A stretch of 63,693 bases of DNA, the filler included, from Phoronis australis (taxonomy: Eukaryota; Animalia; Phoronida), in assembly GCA_002633005.1 (NCBI GenBank). It is 9 parts of 9 records of this genome, joined end to end, with 100 filler letters (N's around TTAATTAATTAA, not from the genome) between each part and the next. Parts side by side here need not be neighbours in the genome. Positions count along the whole stretch, not along the records: positions 62,658 to 63,693 come from NMRA01003948.1; 8 more parts are not named here. The stretch is one strand, 5' to 3'. Shown piece by piece: positions 63,419-63,693 of the stretch. The notes below the pieces were generated by a model that saw nothing but the letters and a program-made list of their open reading frames with translations, was not told the DNA's origin and did not search any database. The translations under genes were made by a program, and so were the position numbers. Numbering within the stretch: position 1 is the first letter of the stretch; the number at the start of each line of letters is the position of its first letter.

Positions 63419-63477
63419 CAGACTGATCCTGTCAGCACTACTGCAGACTACAGAGCGGTGGCACCTGACGCTAAGTC
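63383..63477 (+). CDS. IK: Internal exon of spliceosomal protein Red (IK)
   Basis: AGERRRGEGDIDQTDPVSTTADYRAVAPDAKS resembles the recalled RED_N segment AKERRDG...ISTTANYRAVGP; TTTAG acceptor and GTACGT donor. Confidence 0.75.
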
Positions 63478-63693
63478 GTACGTACCTCACTATACCACTC
63501 AAGTCTTGGGTCTAATTCTGTGTCAGTAGTGATGAGGTTGTTTATGAATTAAACAATTGGAGATGCGTCTCAGATCTCAATCTGTTGTCTAGTTCTGTGT
63601 CACAAGTGATACGGCGTTTATAAAATGAAGTTCTTGAGCCATGCATACTTTTGTTACTTAAACCTACTGAACTCTATTTAACTAATTCCTAGA

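Overview
Eukaryotic genomic DNA, most likely from a marine invertebrate (inferred from GT-AG introns, AT-rich introns and the gene and transposon families present). It is not one continuous locus. Eight artificial 100-nt spacers (44 N + TTAATTAATTAA + 44 N) divide it into nine pieces, so adjacency across spacers cannot be trusted. The main feature is a phase-consistent 13-exon gene model at 8064-35801 (+; 1032 codons, 3'-truncated). It encodes a secreted mosaic protein: signal peptide, Asp-rich segment, WSC, Mucin2_WxxW/CysD, F-type (fucose) lectin, Cys-rich/EGF-like, then Ig/FN3-like beta repeats. Partial conserved genes are an SLC52 riboflavin transporter, an IgGFc-binding-type protein, the last exon of an ARHGAP22/24/25-like RhoGAP, ten exons of Flightless-I and one exon of IK/Red. 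Repeats include six MITEs with 5-bp target-site duplications, a Kolobok-like element, an ISL2EU-like element, and Academ, Penelope, L2/Crack LINE, gypsy and copia remnants. Two minisatellites multiply real splice sites. All family assignments come from motif recognition by eye; no database search was run.
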